Below, one piece after another: positions 1 to 14,228 of a stretch of 64,000 nt of DNA. The translations under genes were made by a program, and so were the position numbers. The first letter of the stretch is position 1, and every line of letters starts with the position of its first letter. Source of the stretch: the human T2T-CHM13v2.0 reference genome, Homo sapiens; the NCBI RefSeq assembly GCF_009914755.1, contig NC_060926.1; one strand, given 5' to 3'. The notes beneath the pieces are model-generated. The model saw only the letters and a program-made list of their open reading frames with translations. It ran no database searches and was not told where the DNA came from.

Positions 1-1010
1 GTACAACAGTTTGTTTTTCCATTCAAATGTTGAAGGACATTTGAATTGTTTACAGTTTTTGGCAATTATAAATAGAGCTACTAGAGACATTCAAAGACTT
101 TTGCCTGAATTTGCATTTTTATTTCTCTAGGGTAAGTACCCAGGAATGGGACTGTTGGTTCACATGGTAAGTGTATGTTTAACTTTATAAGAAACTGTGA
201 AACTGTTTTCCAGAGTGCCTGTATCATTTTACACCCCAACTGGCAATGAATGAGAGAACCATTTGCTTTGCCTCCTCATCGGTTTTGATATTGTCAGAAT
301 TTTGCATTTTATCCATTCTAGTGGGTATGTATGTTACCTCATCGTGGTTTTAATTTGCATTTCCCTTGTGGCTAATAATGAAGATTATCTTTTCATGTGC
401 TTATTTGCCATCCATATATCTTTAGTGAAATGTCTGTTTAGCTCTTTTGCGCATTTTAAAATTAGATTGTTTTCTTACTTTGAGTTTTGAGAATTTTTTA
501 TATAGTCTAAATACAAATCATTTGTTAGATACATGATTTAAAAATATTTTCTCCCAGTCTATTACTTGCCTTTCATTTTTGTAATAGTTTCTGTCACAGA
601 GCAAAACTTTTGTGTGTTTTTTTGTTGTTATTATTTTATTTTATTTCATTTTTTTGAGATAGGTGTCTCTCTGTTTCCCACCCTGGAGTACAGTGGCACG
701 ATCTTGGCTCACTGCAACCTCTGCCTCCAAGGTTCAAGCGGTTCTTGTGCCTCAGCTGCCCAAGTAGCTGGGACTACAAGCATGCACCACCACACCTGGC
801 TAATTTTTGTATTTTTAGTAGAGGCAGGGTTTCACCCTGTTGGCCAGGCTGGTCTTGAACTCCTGGCCTCAAGTGATCCACCCACCTCGCCTTTGGGATT
901 ACAGGCGTGAGCCACCACACCTGGCTTGCAGAGCAAAAGTTTTTATCTTTGATGAAGTCCAATTTGTCAATTTTTATTTTATGGATCATCCTTTTGATTT
1001 TAATGTCTAT
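1..1010 (-). mobile_element. Old L1M (L1MB/MC/MD-type) 3' fragment, interrupted by an Alu
   Basis: Antisense L1 ORF2-end/3'UTR phrasing (e.g. gtggttttaatttgcatttccc, tgtgcttatttgccatcc, tttgatgaagtccaatttgtc), strongly diverged. Confidence 0.8.
614..925 (-). mobile_element. Alu (AluS/J)
   Basis: Dimeric Alu in antisense with T-rich tail; flanking direct repeat cagagcaaaa(c/g)tttt at ~597 and ~929. Confidence 0.95.
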
Positions 1011-2245
1011 TGTTTTACTGTTTATAGTTCCCCTGAGCAGATTAATGTCTATTTTTTTCAGGTGCTATTTTTCAGGTCTTTGTGACTCAGAGAAAATCTA
1101 ATTTTGATTAGACATGGTACCAGCACAGATACAGTATTCGGAGAAATAGAATGAAGTGAGATTGTGACTCACTCAGTTTGGGAAATGGGAAAACCTCAAC
1201 TGTGGCTTGTGTCTGTAGGTTGCATCTTTTCACCTTGAGGTTTTCAAATGAGGTTTTCCCATTTCCCAAACTGGTATACTTTCTACCTGCTATTCATTGC
1301 TCTGTCAGAGAACATCAGCATCAGAAACCCAAAGAGGTGCTAGCAACCTGCACTAGATGAAATGTTCCAGGCTTGATGTTTGCTTTTACATTATCATGCG
1401 ACAAAAGTTTATTGAGCACCTATTATATGTTAGGTACACCTATACATGTAATGTATTATGCCATGCTGTATAAGGCATCAAAGTCTTTTACATTCTAGAG
1501 TATAGTCAGTAAACAAATAAATATTATAGCATGTCCAAGAGTGGTAAGTTTGATTAAGATGGTGACTTTGGGTGATGTGACCACACTTCTCTGGACTGAG
1601 TGGTTCAGAGATGGCCTCTCAGCAGGTTTTTTTTTCTCCTTACAGCACTGTCACCTCCTCCAAGTCCCACACTCAGGACTGGCTTTATAAAAGTAAACCA
1701 GTAAACCAGTGATGTCCCAGGGCCCTAAGCTCACAAAGGCCTTGTCCTTGGAGAAGAGAACCGTATTTTCCTTAATGCTTTCTTGTTACTGTCTTGAAGT
1801 TCTTTCTTTTTGAACAAGGGGCCCCACATTTTCATTTTGTGGCAAAGTAGGGAGCATGTCTTGCCTAGACACTTGTCCAGACAGAAAAACAAACAAAACC
1901 AGCAACATCTTTATATACCTTTGTCTATCTTGGTGAACAAATTGTGCCACTTATATTGATTCCACAAAAAATAGATGCTTAAGATGCATCCCCCTCTTCA
2001 AAAATTCACTGGACCAAGAGTCCATGTGGAGTTGTTAGGTGGACGCCATGTCTACCATTCTTTACTGCCCCTCTTGCTGCCTCTACAAATCTCTTTTGCT
2101 TGGTTAGACTTTACATAACAGAATTGTAAACCTCCAATTCATAAATGCTACAAGTGTTTGTCATTGATGGCAAAGGTGAATTCCGTCACCAGGAGCACAT
2201 TTAAAGAAGGCTGTATCCAGCAGAGAGTGCTGGTCATTTTACATA

Positions 2246-2596
2246 CAGCCATGCAGTACATAGCGTTGTTTTGGTCCACAGTGGTCCGACTATATGACAG
2301 TGGTACCATAAGATTATCACACCGTATTTCAACTCTACCTTTTCTATATTTAGACACATTTAGATACACACAATATTTAGCATTGTGTTATGATTGCCTA
2401 CAGTATTCAATATAGTTGCATGTTGCACAGGTTTGTGGCCTAGGAACAATGGCTATGCCATATAGTTTAGGTGTGTAGCAATGATATTTACCATCTAGGT
2501 TTGTGTAAGTATATTCCATGATATTTGCACAATGATAAAATTGCCTAAGGATGCATATTTCAGAATGTATCCCCATAGTCAACTGATACATAACTG
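2246..2596 (+). mobile_element. Tigger3a/MER7A-like MITE (TcMar-Tigger)
   Basis: TA-flanked, cagccatgc...taactg termini, ~350 bp, internal gtggtaccataagattat and ggtttgtgtaagta motifs. Confidence 0.85.
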
Positions 2597-3479
2597 TATT
2601 TATTTGCATTTTATCCTCACAAGGGCTCATTTTAGAGATGTGAGAACTACAACTCAGAGAAGCTAAGTTATTTTTTTTTTCATAAACATACAGCTAGTAA
2701 GTGAGGACAATTCTTGTGTGCCTTAAGTACCTGGCAGGGTATTCTGATATTGCTGGTTTGAATTTCCGATTTTCTCTGTTGAAGAGGCGTGGGCATTTTA
2801 TACATCTTTAATCGTCTTTTGGATATCACAAGCAATAGTTTCTGAGAAAGCTATTATTCTCTTCCATATTGATATTTTGAACATCCTTGCTGTATTGCTA
2901 AGTGTGATTGTAGGATCAAGAGTTGACCGTCTCCGAGTGGAATATCTGAAGCGGTGCTATCACCCCTTCCAGTGATGGAGAGTCATGTGAAGAAAGCTGT
3001 TCATGAAGCTAGGAGTCTCTTTCTCTGCTTATAAAAGAAGGCTTGTAGATTCTTCTGTTTGGGCTCATAACTGCTCTGGAAGAAGGCGGAATCGGGCAGA
3101 ACTGATGCAGGCCTAGGAATTCTGGGAAGCGGAAGCAGCGGCGTAGGCCCACGCAGTCTGGCCACTCCGCCCTGCCCTTCACCCAGATTCCTCCCTGCTC
3201 CCTGGGTGCTTTTGGAGACTAGCTTCCGGAGCCTGACACATGTTCCTTTGTCTGGCCCCAGCTGTTAGAATCTGTCTTCATTCATTAAGCAGGAAGGGAG
3301 TTTTCAGAACTGCTTCTGCAGTCTGATGTCATGGGGCAGCCACACTCAAACCTCGGCAACTTCAAATTAGAGATGTCAAAATACGCAATGGAGACCTGAC
3401 TGAGCACCCTCTAATCCTCGGCCATGGTGCTGGATGCCTCCCCTCCCCGATAATGACTGGTCCTAGGGCCAATCTGCAC

Positions 3480-3615
3480 CGTGGGTGCCATTATCATTTT
3501 ACAGAAAAGGAAACTGAGGCTCAGAAATGCTGTGAGGCAGCTCATAGCTCTATACTTAGAAAGGCAGGATCTGAGCCCAGGTCGGTGTGACTACAAGGCT
3601 GGCTCTCAGAACACC
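3480..3615 (-). mobile_element. MIR fragment
   Basis: MIR core cattttacagaaaaggaaactgaggctcaga. Confidence 0.75.
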
Positions 3616-5056
3616 GCACTCACCGTCTTTCCTACCAACAGAGAGCTGCAGCCATCTTTCCTGCTATTAAAAGAAAAATCATAAAAGGGCTTGTCTTTTA
3701 GAAAATAACCATGCCGTCTTTGGGGAGAACACAGGTTTCTGTCCCAAAGCCTGGCTCACCTCCCTGCCGGGAAGGGCCTCCACGCTCAGCCCAGGACTCA
3801 GGGTATGCACCATATTGTCACCGATAATTGTACAGACCCATTCATCAGCAGGAATCCTATTTCAAACAGCTCTCCGACTCTAACGGCACGAAAAGCGTGA
3901 ACTAAGCACAGTTTAATTAATTCTGATCTCACAGACAGAGGCTGCCCCATCAGAGACGACGGTGCACAGACACGAGGCAGGAAAAATTTCTCCAGCCTCA
4001 GAAGCAGGAGTGCATTCAAATGATCCCTTCATTCCTTCAAGATGGATAATTTGTTTTTTAGTAAATTCATAGGAGACGTTTGTTGGAACCGTCACTGGCT
4101 CTCATCTTTCTGGGAAGGTGTACCTTTTAACCTAGAGAGCAGAAAAGCCTCTGATCTCGCTCCCTCTGACAGAAAGAAATGAGCCTCTTTGCTTTTAGTC
4201 TAATAATAGTATCTCCAATTCATGTAGATTTTTATGGTAAATCTTAAACATCATAGAAAATCCATATCCACAGTCCAATCACCAAGTCACCTTGGAGGAA
4301 AAGGAGGGGGGGAAATAGCATTATTTGAATTTCAAGGAAAGAAATACACCAGGAGAGCTGGGCATGCTTCATCTTTCTTCTACCAAGGAGCTCAGAGGCC
4401 TCCATGCCCTGAGACAGTCCCAGCTTCTCAGTGCCAAAGAGAAATGAGGGTAATACACACAGATGGAGTCCCTGGGACCCAGAAGGGTGGGCTCTGCCCA
4501 GAGTTAGCTGACTCCAGGAAATCGGCATGGTTCTGCTCCAAAAGGACCTCAATGACACTTCCCTACTGCTGCAGTGAGGAAGGTCGAGCCCATTTTATAG
4601 GGGGAGCTACCAAGACACAGAGAAGGTAGGCCATTGATACAGGGTCACACAAGTAGTGTGGCAGGGTCAGAGATGTCTCCATAATCCAGCTGGACCACTA
4701 GCTTTTGAGCAACTCCTTTCCTCTCTCCAAGTCCCCGTTGCCCCACATGTAAAACGAGAAGGCAGAACTCTCCTGAACACTAGATACCTTTTATTAACAG
4801 TGGTGCCTGTACCACGAAAGCAGTAATTCTTCTGGGAGTGAAACCTGCATGTTTGATACCTTGGTCAAGGGGAGGGAGGGAGGACAGAAGAGGGAGGATC
4901 AGAGTTCAATTTTCACTCCATTCCTTCATTTACTTATCTACTATGTTTCTAGCGTTGTGTTCAGAGGTGAGAACTCAGCGATGACAAAGATACTGGCCTC
5001 CTTCTTGAGGGGCTCACAGTCTTCTAGAGAAAACAGACAACGAAGTATGAAACCAG

Positions 5057-5665
<609 letters not shown>

Positions 5666-6094
5666 ATGATAGAAATGTACACAAGGAGCTTTGGGAATAG
5701 AGGAGAGAGAGCAACTATCTCTGCCTGACCTTGAGTAAGTCATTTAAGTAATTCTGGTCCTCATCTTTAACATGGAATAGTCACAACTTGCACTTCACAG
5801 AGTTGTAATTCATGGTGCTTGTGTGAGGAACTCAGTGGGTATATAAAGGATCTGAAGTGGCCTAGGGCTTTCTCCAGAGTCCCTGGATTCGTCTAGGCCA
5901 TATTGGCCCACAGCTTTCTCCATCTATTCACCAGCAGCCCAGCCAGCAGGGAACCTCGGGGAGCCCTGCGCCCTCTTCAGGCTGTCCTCCTGCCATACAT
6001 TTACTAGTCTTCCCTGATTTGCCCCCATCAAGTTTTCTCTCTAGAGTATACTGGTGCATTTGGCCTTTTCCTTAGGCAGTTCAGAGGTAGGAGT

Positions 6095-6275
6095 GGATAA
6101 AAGCTGGAGCTCTGTAGTGTCAGGCAGACATTGGCTCAAATCCAGCTTTGCTCCTCAGCTAGATGCTAAATCTGGGGAAAGTTACTTAACGTCTCTGAGC
6201 CTCTGTTTCCTCACCTGTACGGGAGGGATAATGAGAGTGCTTCTCGGTAGGGCTGTGAGGATTGAATGAGGGGAT
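6095..6275 (+). mobile_element. MIR fragment
   Basis: aagttacttaacgtctctgagcctctgtttcctcacctgta...gtgaggattgaatgag. Confidence 0.8.
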
Positions 6276-7036
6276 CGGTCAGCTCCTCAGACCCAATATC
6301 CTCTTGGGGTGGTGGTGGTGCGGGGATGGGTCCTTTACTTGCTCAATTAAAGTCCTGAGCAAGTACCAGGACCGGTGAGTGCTAAATGTTGGTAATGTTC
6401 TCCCTCCTCCTTCTGTTCCTCCCCCTCCCCCCTTCTCCCTCCCCCCTCATTGTTATTACTAAATGCAAGGTCAAGTGTGGCAGGGCTCTCACCCTGTTCG
6501 GTTTTGCACATGCTAAGATGGGGTCCCCCAGGACCATGTTCAGGGTAAGAGGGAATTGCAGGGGTCCTGGAGGCACGCTAAGGCTAAGGTGGGAGTTTAA
6601 ATCCATACCAGCTGTGTGATTGTGAGCAAATTGCTTGCCCTCTCTGGGCCTAAGCTTCCCCATTGGTAAGATGGGGATACTGACACTTTCTCACAGGTTT
6701 GTTGTGAGGAGTAAACGAGATCATCTAAGTTCAGGGCATGGCAAGTCATGGGCACTGCCTTCTCTCCCCTGTCCAGAGGCTCAATGCCCGCTACACAGAA
6801 CAAGCAGCAGCTTGTTAATGTCCCGACAAGCATCACTTGTGCTTTCACCGGGAGTCATGCCCCTAGGCCGCAGTGTCTTTGCTGCCTGTCTTCTGTAACT
6901 CAACCACCGCCCAGGAGGGCCATGGGTCTGTGGGGCTTGCCCAGTACCCAGGTGCCAACTGGCCTGCTGGTGGGGGCATCTATGGGCTAAGACTGCATCT
7001 TTAGATAACACTTTCCAGATAAGCCCTTTTCTCTTA

Positions 7037-8156
<1,120 letters not shown>

Positions 8157-8647
8157 AACAAACTTTTAAGGTAGAGTTTATCGGCCCCATTTCACAGAGA
8201 GGACTTGAAGGCTCCAAACAAGATGCTAAGTGACTTCAGAAGCTAAAGAGCTCACGCCGGCCACAGCTGGGAGCTTCATCCAGGTCTGGCTTTCTTCCAG
8301 CCTCATGCTCTTTTGTAAATCTGCACCGGCTTTCCTAGGTAAAGAAGAAAAAAGAGCACAAGGCTGGGGTTAGGATGAAAAGCCGTAGTCTCTGATCCTT
8401 AGGTGCATCGAATGATTTGTTTTATCATTAGACTTCCTGAACGAGGTCCTGAAACCCATGTTAGCAAAAGTCAGTTTCCTGGAGCCACCTCATAGTTCAC
8501 CACCAGCAGAGGCCCTCAGGGCCCATTGTCCGTCACCAGGAGGGGCTCTCAGGCCCTTGCTGAGACCCACTTCCTCCCTGTGCTGCACATTCTTCCCAAA
8601 ATCCATGCCTACCCTGAGACCCTCATGCACCCTGTGGTCCTCACAGC

Positions 8648-9340
8648 CCCATGATCCACATCCTCCCTGTGATCCATCTCCTCTCCATGATCCTTGCCCA
8701 TCCTGTGGTCCATGTTGTCCCTGTGACCTACATCCATGTTTTGCTCAACATCCTCCCCATGATCCACATCCTCCCCATGATCCACAATCACCAGTGATCC
8801 ACATCTATTCCATGATCCACATCCTCTCCATGCTCCACCTCCTCCCTGTGCCCCTTGTCCAATCCGTGATCCACATCCACCCCGTGATCCATGTCCACCC
8901 CAAGATCCACATCCTCCCCATGATCCACATTCTCCCCGTGATCCATATCCACCTCGTGATCCACATCCACCCAATGATTTACATCTTCCCCATGATCCAC
9001 ATCCTCCCTATGATCCACATCCTCCCTGTGATCCAAGTCCACCCCGTGATCCACATCCACCCTATTCCCCATGTCCATCCCATGGTCCACATCAATCCGA
9101 TGATCCACATTCTCCCCATGATCCATATCCTCCCTGTGATCCACATCCACCCCATGATCCACATCTTCCCTATGATCCACATCTTCCCCATGATCCACAT
9201 CCTCCCCGTGATCTACATCCTCCCTGTGACCCACATTTACCCCATGATTCACATCCTCCCCATGATCCACATCCTCCTTGTGATCCACATCCAACCTGTG
9301 ATGCACATCTTTCCTATGATCGACGTCCTCCTTGTAATCT
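8648..9340. repeat. 18-bp minisatellite, consensus ~CCCATGATCCACATCCTC, about 38 degenerate copies
   Basis: Recurrent tgatccacatc core at 18-nt spacing; produces the repetitive ORFs PMIHIL / DVDHGE / MWIMGR. Confidence 0.95.
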
Positions 9341-9799
9341 AAACTCTAGCTCCCCACAAAAGCCTGCTCTGATCATGGTAGGGAGGGTAGCTGTTTCTTC
9401 TCTCAATAAAGCCTGTGGGCAGTTGAGACTGGATTTAACCCTGCTCTAGGGAGGACCAACACTGAGCAGTGAACAGCATCTTCCATGACACTGGTGCATC
9501 TCCCCTTCCTGCCTTTTCTGTGCTGTTCCCCTGCCCAAAATCTTCCCCAGTTCTGCTCTGCTGGCCAAGACCTGCACCATTCCCCAAGGCATTCCACATG
9601 CTGCCTCTTTCCAGGAAGCACCCCTGGGCCCTCCAAGTCAGGTAAGGACCCTACTCTGTGCCGGTACGGTCCTGGCCTCTGGCAATGGCAGCCTCTGGAC
9701 TACTAAGTCATGTGACTGTCTCTTCTGTCAGACTGTGAGCCCATTGAGGGCAGAAGCCAGTCTTAGTCATCTATGTGTCCAGGAACCTCAGAACAATAG

Positions 9800-10170
9800 C
9801 TGGGGCTAATCAGACAGGACTAGCTCTGCTGCAGGAACGAATAAACCCTGAAATCCTGCTGGCTAAGCACAAAGCAGGTTCATTTGTTGCTCATGTTAAA
9901 GTTGGGCGATGGCCATGCAGTTAGCCTCAGTCATGTTGCTTTAAGCATTGCCATCAGAAATGGCTTCCTCCCTTCCCAGTGAAGGGAAGAGATAGCTGGA
10001 GAAACACATGGGATGATGTTAAGCCAGACCTGGAAGTGGCACGTGTCACTTCCACCCATCCCATTATCCAGAACCAGCCACACAACCCATCCCAGCTGCA
10101 AGGGAGGCTGGGAAACATTGAGGAGCATCTGGGCCTTGGATGAGCACCCGGATGAGAGGTCGGCTTCCAC
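9800..10170 (-). mobile_element. MLT1-type MaLR solo LTR (old)
   Basis: Antisense MLT1 motifs: ctgctg..aacgaataaaccctgaaatc, tcatttgttgctcatg, ggaagtggcacgtgtcacttcc, ctgcaagggaggctgggaaa. Confidence 0.6.
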
Positions 10171-12260
10171 TCGATTTTAGGAAGCCCTTCCTAACAATCA
10201 GAGATCGTGATGGAAGAAGAGACTCACAACTGGCTAGCCGATGGAAATTAAGTTGCTTCCCTTCACCTCAGCCAGAGACTTGAGTTCAGACAAAAATCAG
10301 CTTCTTGAAAACAAGAGGCCGGGCCCTGGAAACTCCCGTTTAGCCCTGTCAGTCTTGAAGAAGCCTGGTGTTCCCAGCTCTCGGCATCCTTTGTCCTCTG
10401 TGAGCTCCCTTAGCCTGGAGAGGTGACTTCTTTATTCTTGGGAACTGCTATTTATAACTTCCAAAGGACCCCTACTCCTTTGCTTCTGAGGCTCAGAAAA
10501 CGAGTCTGCCCTCCCCAGCCTCCCTCCCCCAACACCAGGCCTCTCTGCCCCCAGAGCAATCCCGTAAATAAAGGATGAAAGGCCCCGTAATTATTACCAT
10601 TCGAAAACACAGAGACTGTCAAAACCAGGAGTCCAACAAAAGCCTTTACATAAATCACAGCTGATACAATGGCTCTTGGCTGAAGGGGAGAGGGGCTTAG
10701 AGTCTCAGCGCTGCTGAAAGAAGGTTTGTGTCTGGGGGAGGAATTGTCAGAGCAGTCCCTGGGGAAGAGACGAGGCCTGATGTCTGAACAGAGGGTGAGC
10801 CCGTCATCCTGCTGGGGACGACAGAGGCCATGGAAGGGAATGAGAGTGAAAATCTGGAGGCAGACTCCAGATGTGACATCTCCATGGGGCGGGATGGTCC
10901 AGATATCTGGGGCCTGTGCAGGTCACGCTCCATCACAGTCCACAGTCCACAGTCTATCCTGGCAGGGCAGTCCCTCCTAGGAGGGCATGCTGTCTTGCAG
11001 AGGTGCCAGGCAAGGGCAGTCCTCACCCAGTGAGTCACGGACATTAAGGGCTCTGGGCTCCAACAGAGGGGAGGTCTGAGTGGGCTGAGCTGCTCCCAGA
11101 AGGCTTCTGAAAGGCAAATGTGCTAGGCAGGGAAGGCTGTTTTCTGACAGGCAGAGGGGAGACTAGGACTCTGTGGGGTGGAGTGGTGTGGCTGCATCAG
11201 CTCAGGTTCCTTGAGAACGTGTCCACAAAACTGGAATTCCATGGTGGCCCTGTTGAGGAGCCCCGTCCCTGAGGAATGACAGAGACCTCTTCAGGGAGCA
11301 GCAAATTCCAGAAAAGCAGGGAAATTGGTAAGATATTTCATATCTCTGGGCAAAATTATTCCTTTTGAATGAACCATTCAGTGGCACATCAAGAATTCAG
11401 TGGCATTTAGCAAATGCTGGTGGCTCCTCTTACGTGCCATGCACTGCTCGACTCCGACTGCTCCTTCCTTTGAAGATGAATAAGACATTGTCCTTAAGAT
11501 ATTTAGAGTCCAGGGAAGGAGACAGACACAGAAACCAGAGCTATAAGGCAGGGTGACTAGTGCAGACAGACAGCTGCCCAGAGGCAGAGCCGCACAGCAG
11601 GGAGAGGCTGTGGCTCTGGAGCTGAGCCTCCTGGGTTTACGTCCCACCCTGCTGCTGTTGGCTTGATGACCTGGGCGAATCATCTACCTCTCTGGGCTTC
11701 AATCACATCCGAATATTAATGGGGGTTATGGGGATTGAAGGAGAATCAGCACAATGTCTGCTATCCAGTCACTGCTCTGTATTAGCCTCGCCTTAAATTG
11801 CTCGAATAGTAAGCAAGGGTTTATAAAGCATCTGTGTGCTAATCCCATCCTAAAGTGACAGGGATCAATTTAACCTCCTCATTTAAAAGATGAGGAGACA
11901 GGCTCAAAGGGCAAAGCCGACTCACCCAGGCTCACACAACCAGAGTGGCAGAGCCTCAGGGCTTGCCCTGCACAGCGTAGCTTCTGTTCTGAGAGGAATG
12001 CACCTGGGTTTTGTGTCTTTGGTGCTGGGGTGGTGAATGGGAGGCTCTGACCGATGGCAGAGTTCCCAGGGGATCCTTCAGGCAGCCGGGGGGCCTTTCT
12101 TATGGCAGGGCTCTGAAGCAAGTCCTGGCTGACCTTTTCTTGAAGCTGAGCTCTTCTGCCAAGACCCTTGGCCCTGCCCTTGGCCCCTGTAGAAATGCAC
12201 ACCTGTAAGCCTGTAATACCTTCTCCAGATCACAGCAACTAGGGAACTGCTGGAAGCCAC

Positions 12261-12399
12261 GGAGATCAGCAGGGACCGCACCATCCCCAGAAGTGTGGAT
12301 CCACCCGAGGGTCACGTGGATCCTCAAGGAGTGGAGAGTAGACCCTGAGCCACGTGGGCTTCTAGCAGTTCCCTGGGCCTGCTGGCACCAAGATGGGCT
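12261..12399 (-). repeat. Left arm of long inverted repeat (reverse complement of 12608-12745)
   Basis: Direct alignment by eye: about 8 differences in ~139 bp. Confidence 0.95.
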
Positions 12400-12402
12400 C
12401 CC

Positions 12403-12625
12403 TGTCACAGGCCTGACGGGACCTCTGTGAGGGTCCCAGGAGATGAAGCACATGAAGAGGGTTGGTGCACCAAGCAGGCTCACCAAATATTCACTCCCTG
12501 ACCCCTTTCCCCACGCAAGCTGTGGTGGGGAAGGAGTGTTTCATGGTGGGCAGCCCAGGTGCCAGTCCCCCCCTTCCCCAGTGATGGGGTACCATTACCC
12601 CCACGACAGCCCAGCTTGGTGCCAG
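12403..12625 (+). repeat. Local direct duplication, copy of 14005-14228
   Basis: tgtcacaggcctgac...cttggtgccag aligns end to end with about 14 differences in ~224 bp. Confidence 0.95.
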
Positions 12626-12745
12626 CAGGCCCAGGGAACTGCTGGAAGCCCACGTGGCTCAGGTCTACTCCTCACTCCTTGAGGATCCACGTGGCCCTTG
12701 GGTGGATCCACACTTCTGGGGATGGTGCGGTCCCAGCTGATCTCC
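12608..12745 (+). repeat. Right arm of long inverted repeat
   Basis: Reverse complement reads ggagatcagctgggaccgcaccatccccagaagtgtggatcc..., matching 12261 onward. Confidence 0.95.
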
Positions 12746-13324
12746 CTGGGGGTCCAGTTAGCCTCATCCTCCTTCACCCAGGGTGGCTGCATGTCAGCAC
12801 CTGCTCTACCTTCTACCTTAATGGCGTCCCCTAGGCTATCTGTCAGGGGAGTCTATGCAAAGGGGCCCCTTTGAACTTGCCTGTGCCACTCCACTTACCC
12901 CGGGCAGTTACCAGCAAGCCACAGCCTGGTGTTCAGAATTAAAGCAGGACTAAGGCGGGTACATGGTAGCTCCCCAAACAACATACCTCTAGATCCCCAT
13001 GAGTGATCTGGGGCAGGCAGTGTCCCTGGAGGGGTGTATGTGTGGGGAGCACACAGAACAGCAAATCCTTCCTGAAAGCAGGATTGATGGGGACAGGAGC
13101 ATCAGAGGAAGCTGGAGGACTCCATGTGGGCCCGAGAAGTCAGGCGAAAGGGAAGGAAAGGGCTTGTAGGCACTACCAAGGCTCAGATGTTAGATATAGC
13201 CCTACAAGTGGCCACCCAGTTACATTAAAGTGAGTGCCCTCACCCTGCCTGCCAGAAGAGGGCCAGGCTGCAGTGCTGGCTGGGAGAGTATCCCTCCATA
13301 GAGGATATATCCTGGGCTGGTAGC

Positions 13325-13875
<551 letters not shown>

Positions 13876-14004
13876 GGTATTTCAGTCTCTGAAATAGACT
13901 CAGCCCTGTGCTCGGGCAGAACGGGGTTCAAATGGCTGGTCCAGGCCCCTGGCTAAGTTGCTCACTCTTGAACCTCAGCTTCCACATCTGTTAGGTGAGG
14001 CTAA

Positions 14005-14228
14005 TGTCACAGGCCTGACAGGACCTCTGTGAGGGTCCCAGGAGATGAAGCATATTAAGTGGGTTGGTGCACCGAGCAGGCTCACTAAATACTCACTCCC
14101 TGACCCTTTTCCCCACCCAAACTGTGGTGGAGAAGGAGTGTTTCATGGTGGGCAGCCCAGGTGCCAGTCCCCCCTCTTCCCCAGTGATGGGGTACCATTA
14201 CCCCCATGACAGCCCATCTTGGTGCCAG
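14005..14228 (+). repeat. Donor copy of local duplication (its 5' part continues a MIR starting ~13900)
   Basis: Matches 12403-12625; contiguous with the MIR core cctcagcttccacatctg upstream. Confidence 0.9.

Noticed and set aside
8648-9340. CRISPR-like regular array
   Set aside because: Contiguous degenerate tandem units with no unique spacers, in a primate genome
12261-12745. Inverted arms plus captured spacer interpreted as a Pack-type/MITE transposon
   Set aside because: No target-site duplication, no recognised TIR termini, and the spacer overlaps the arms and has a local donor; template switching explains it better
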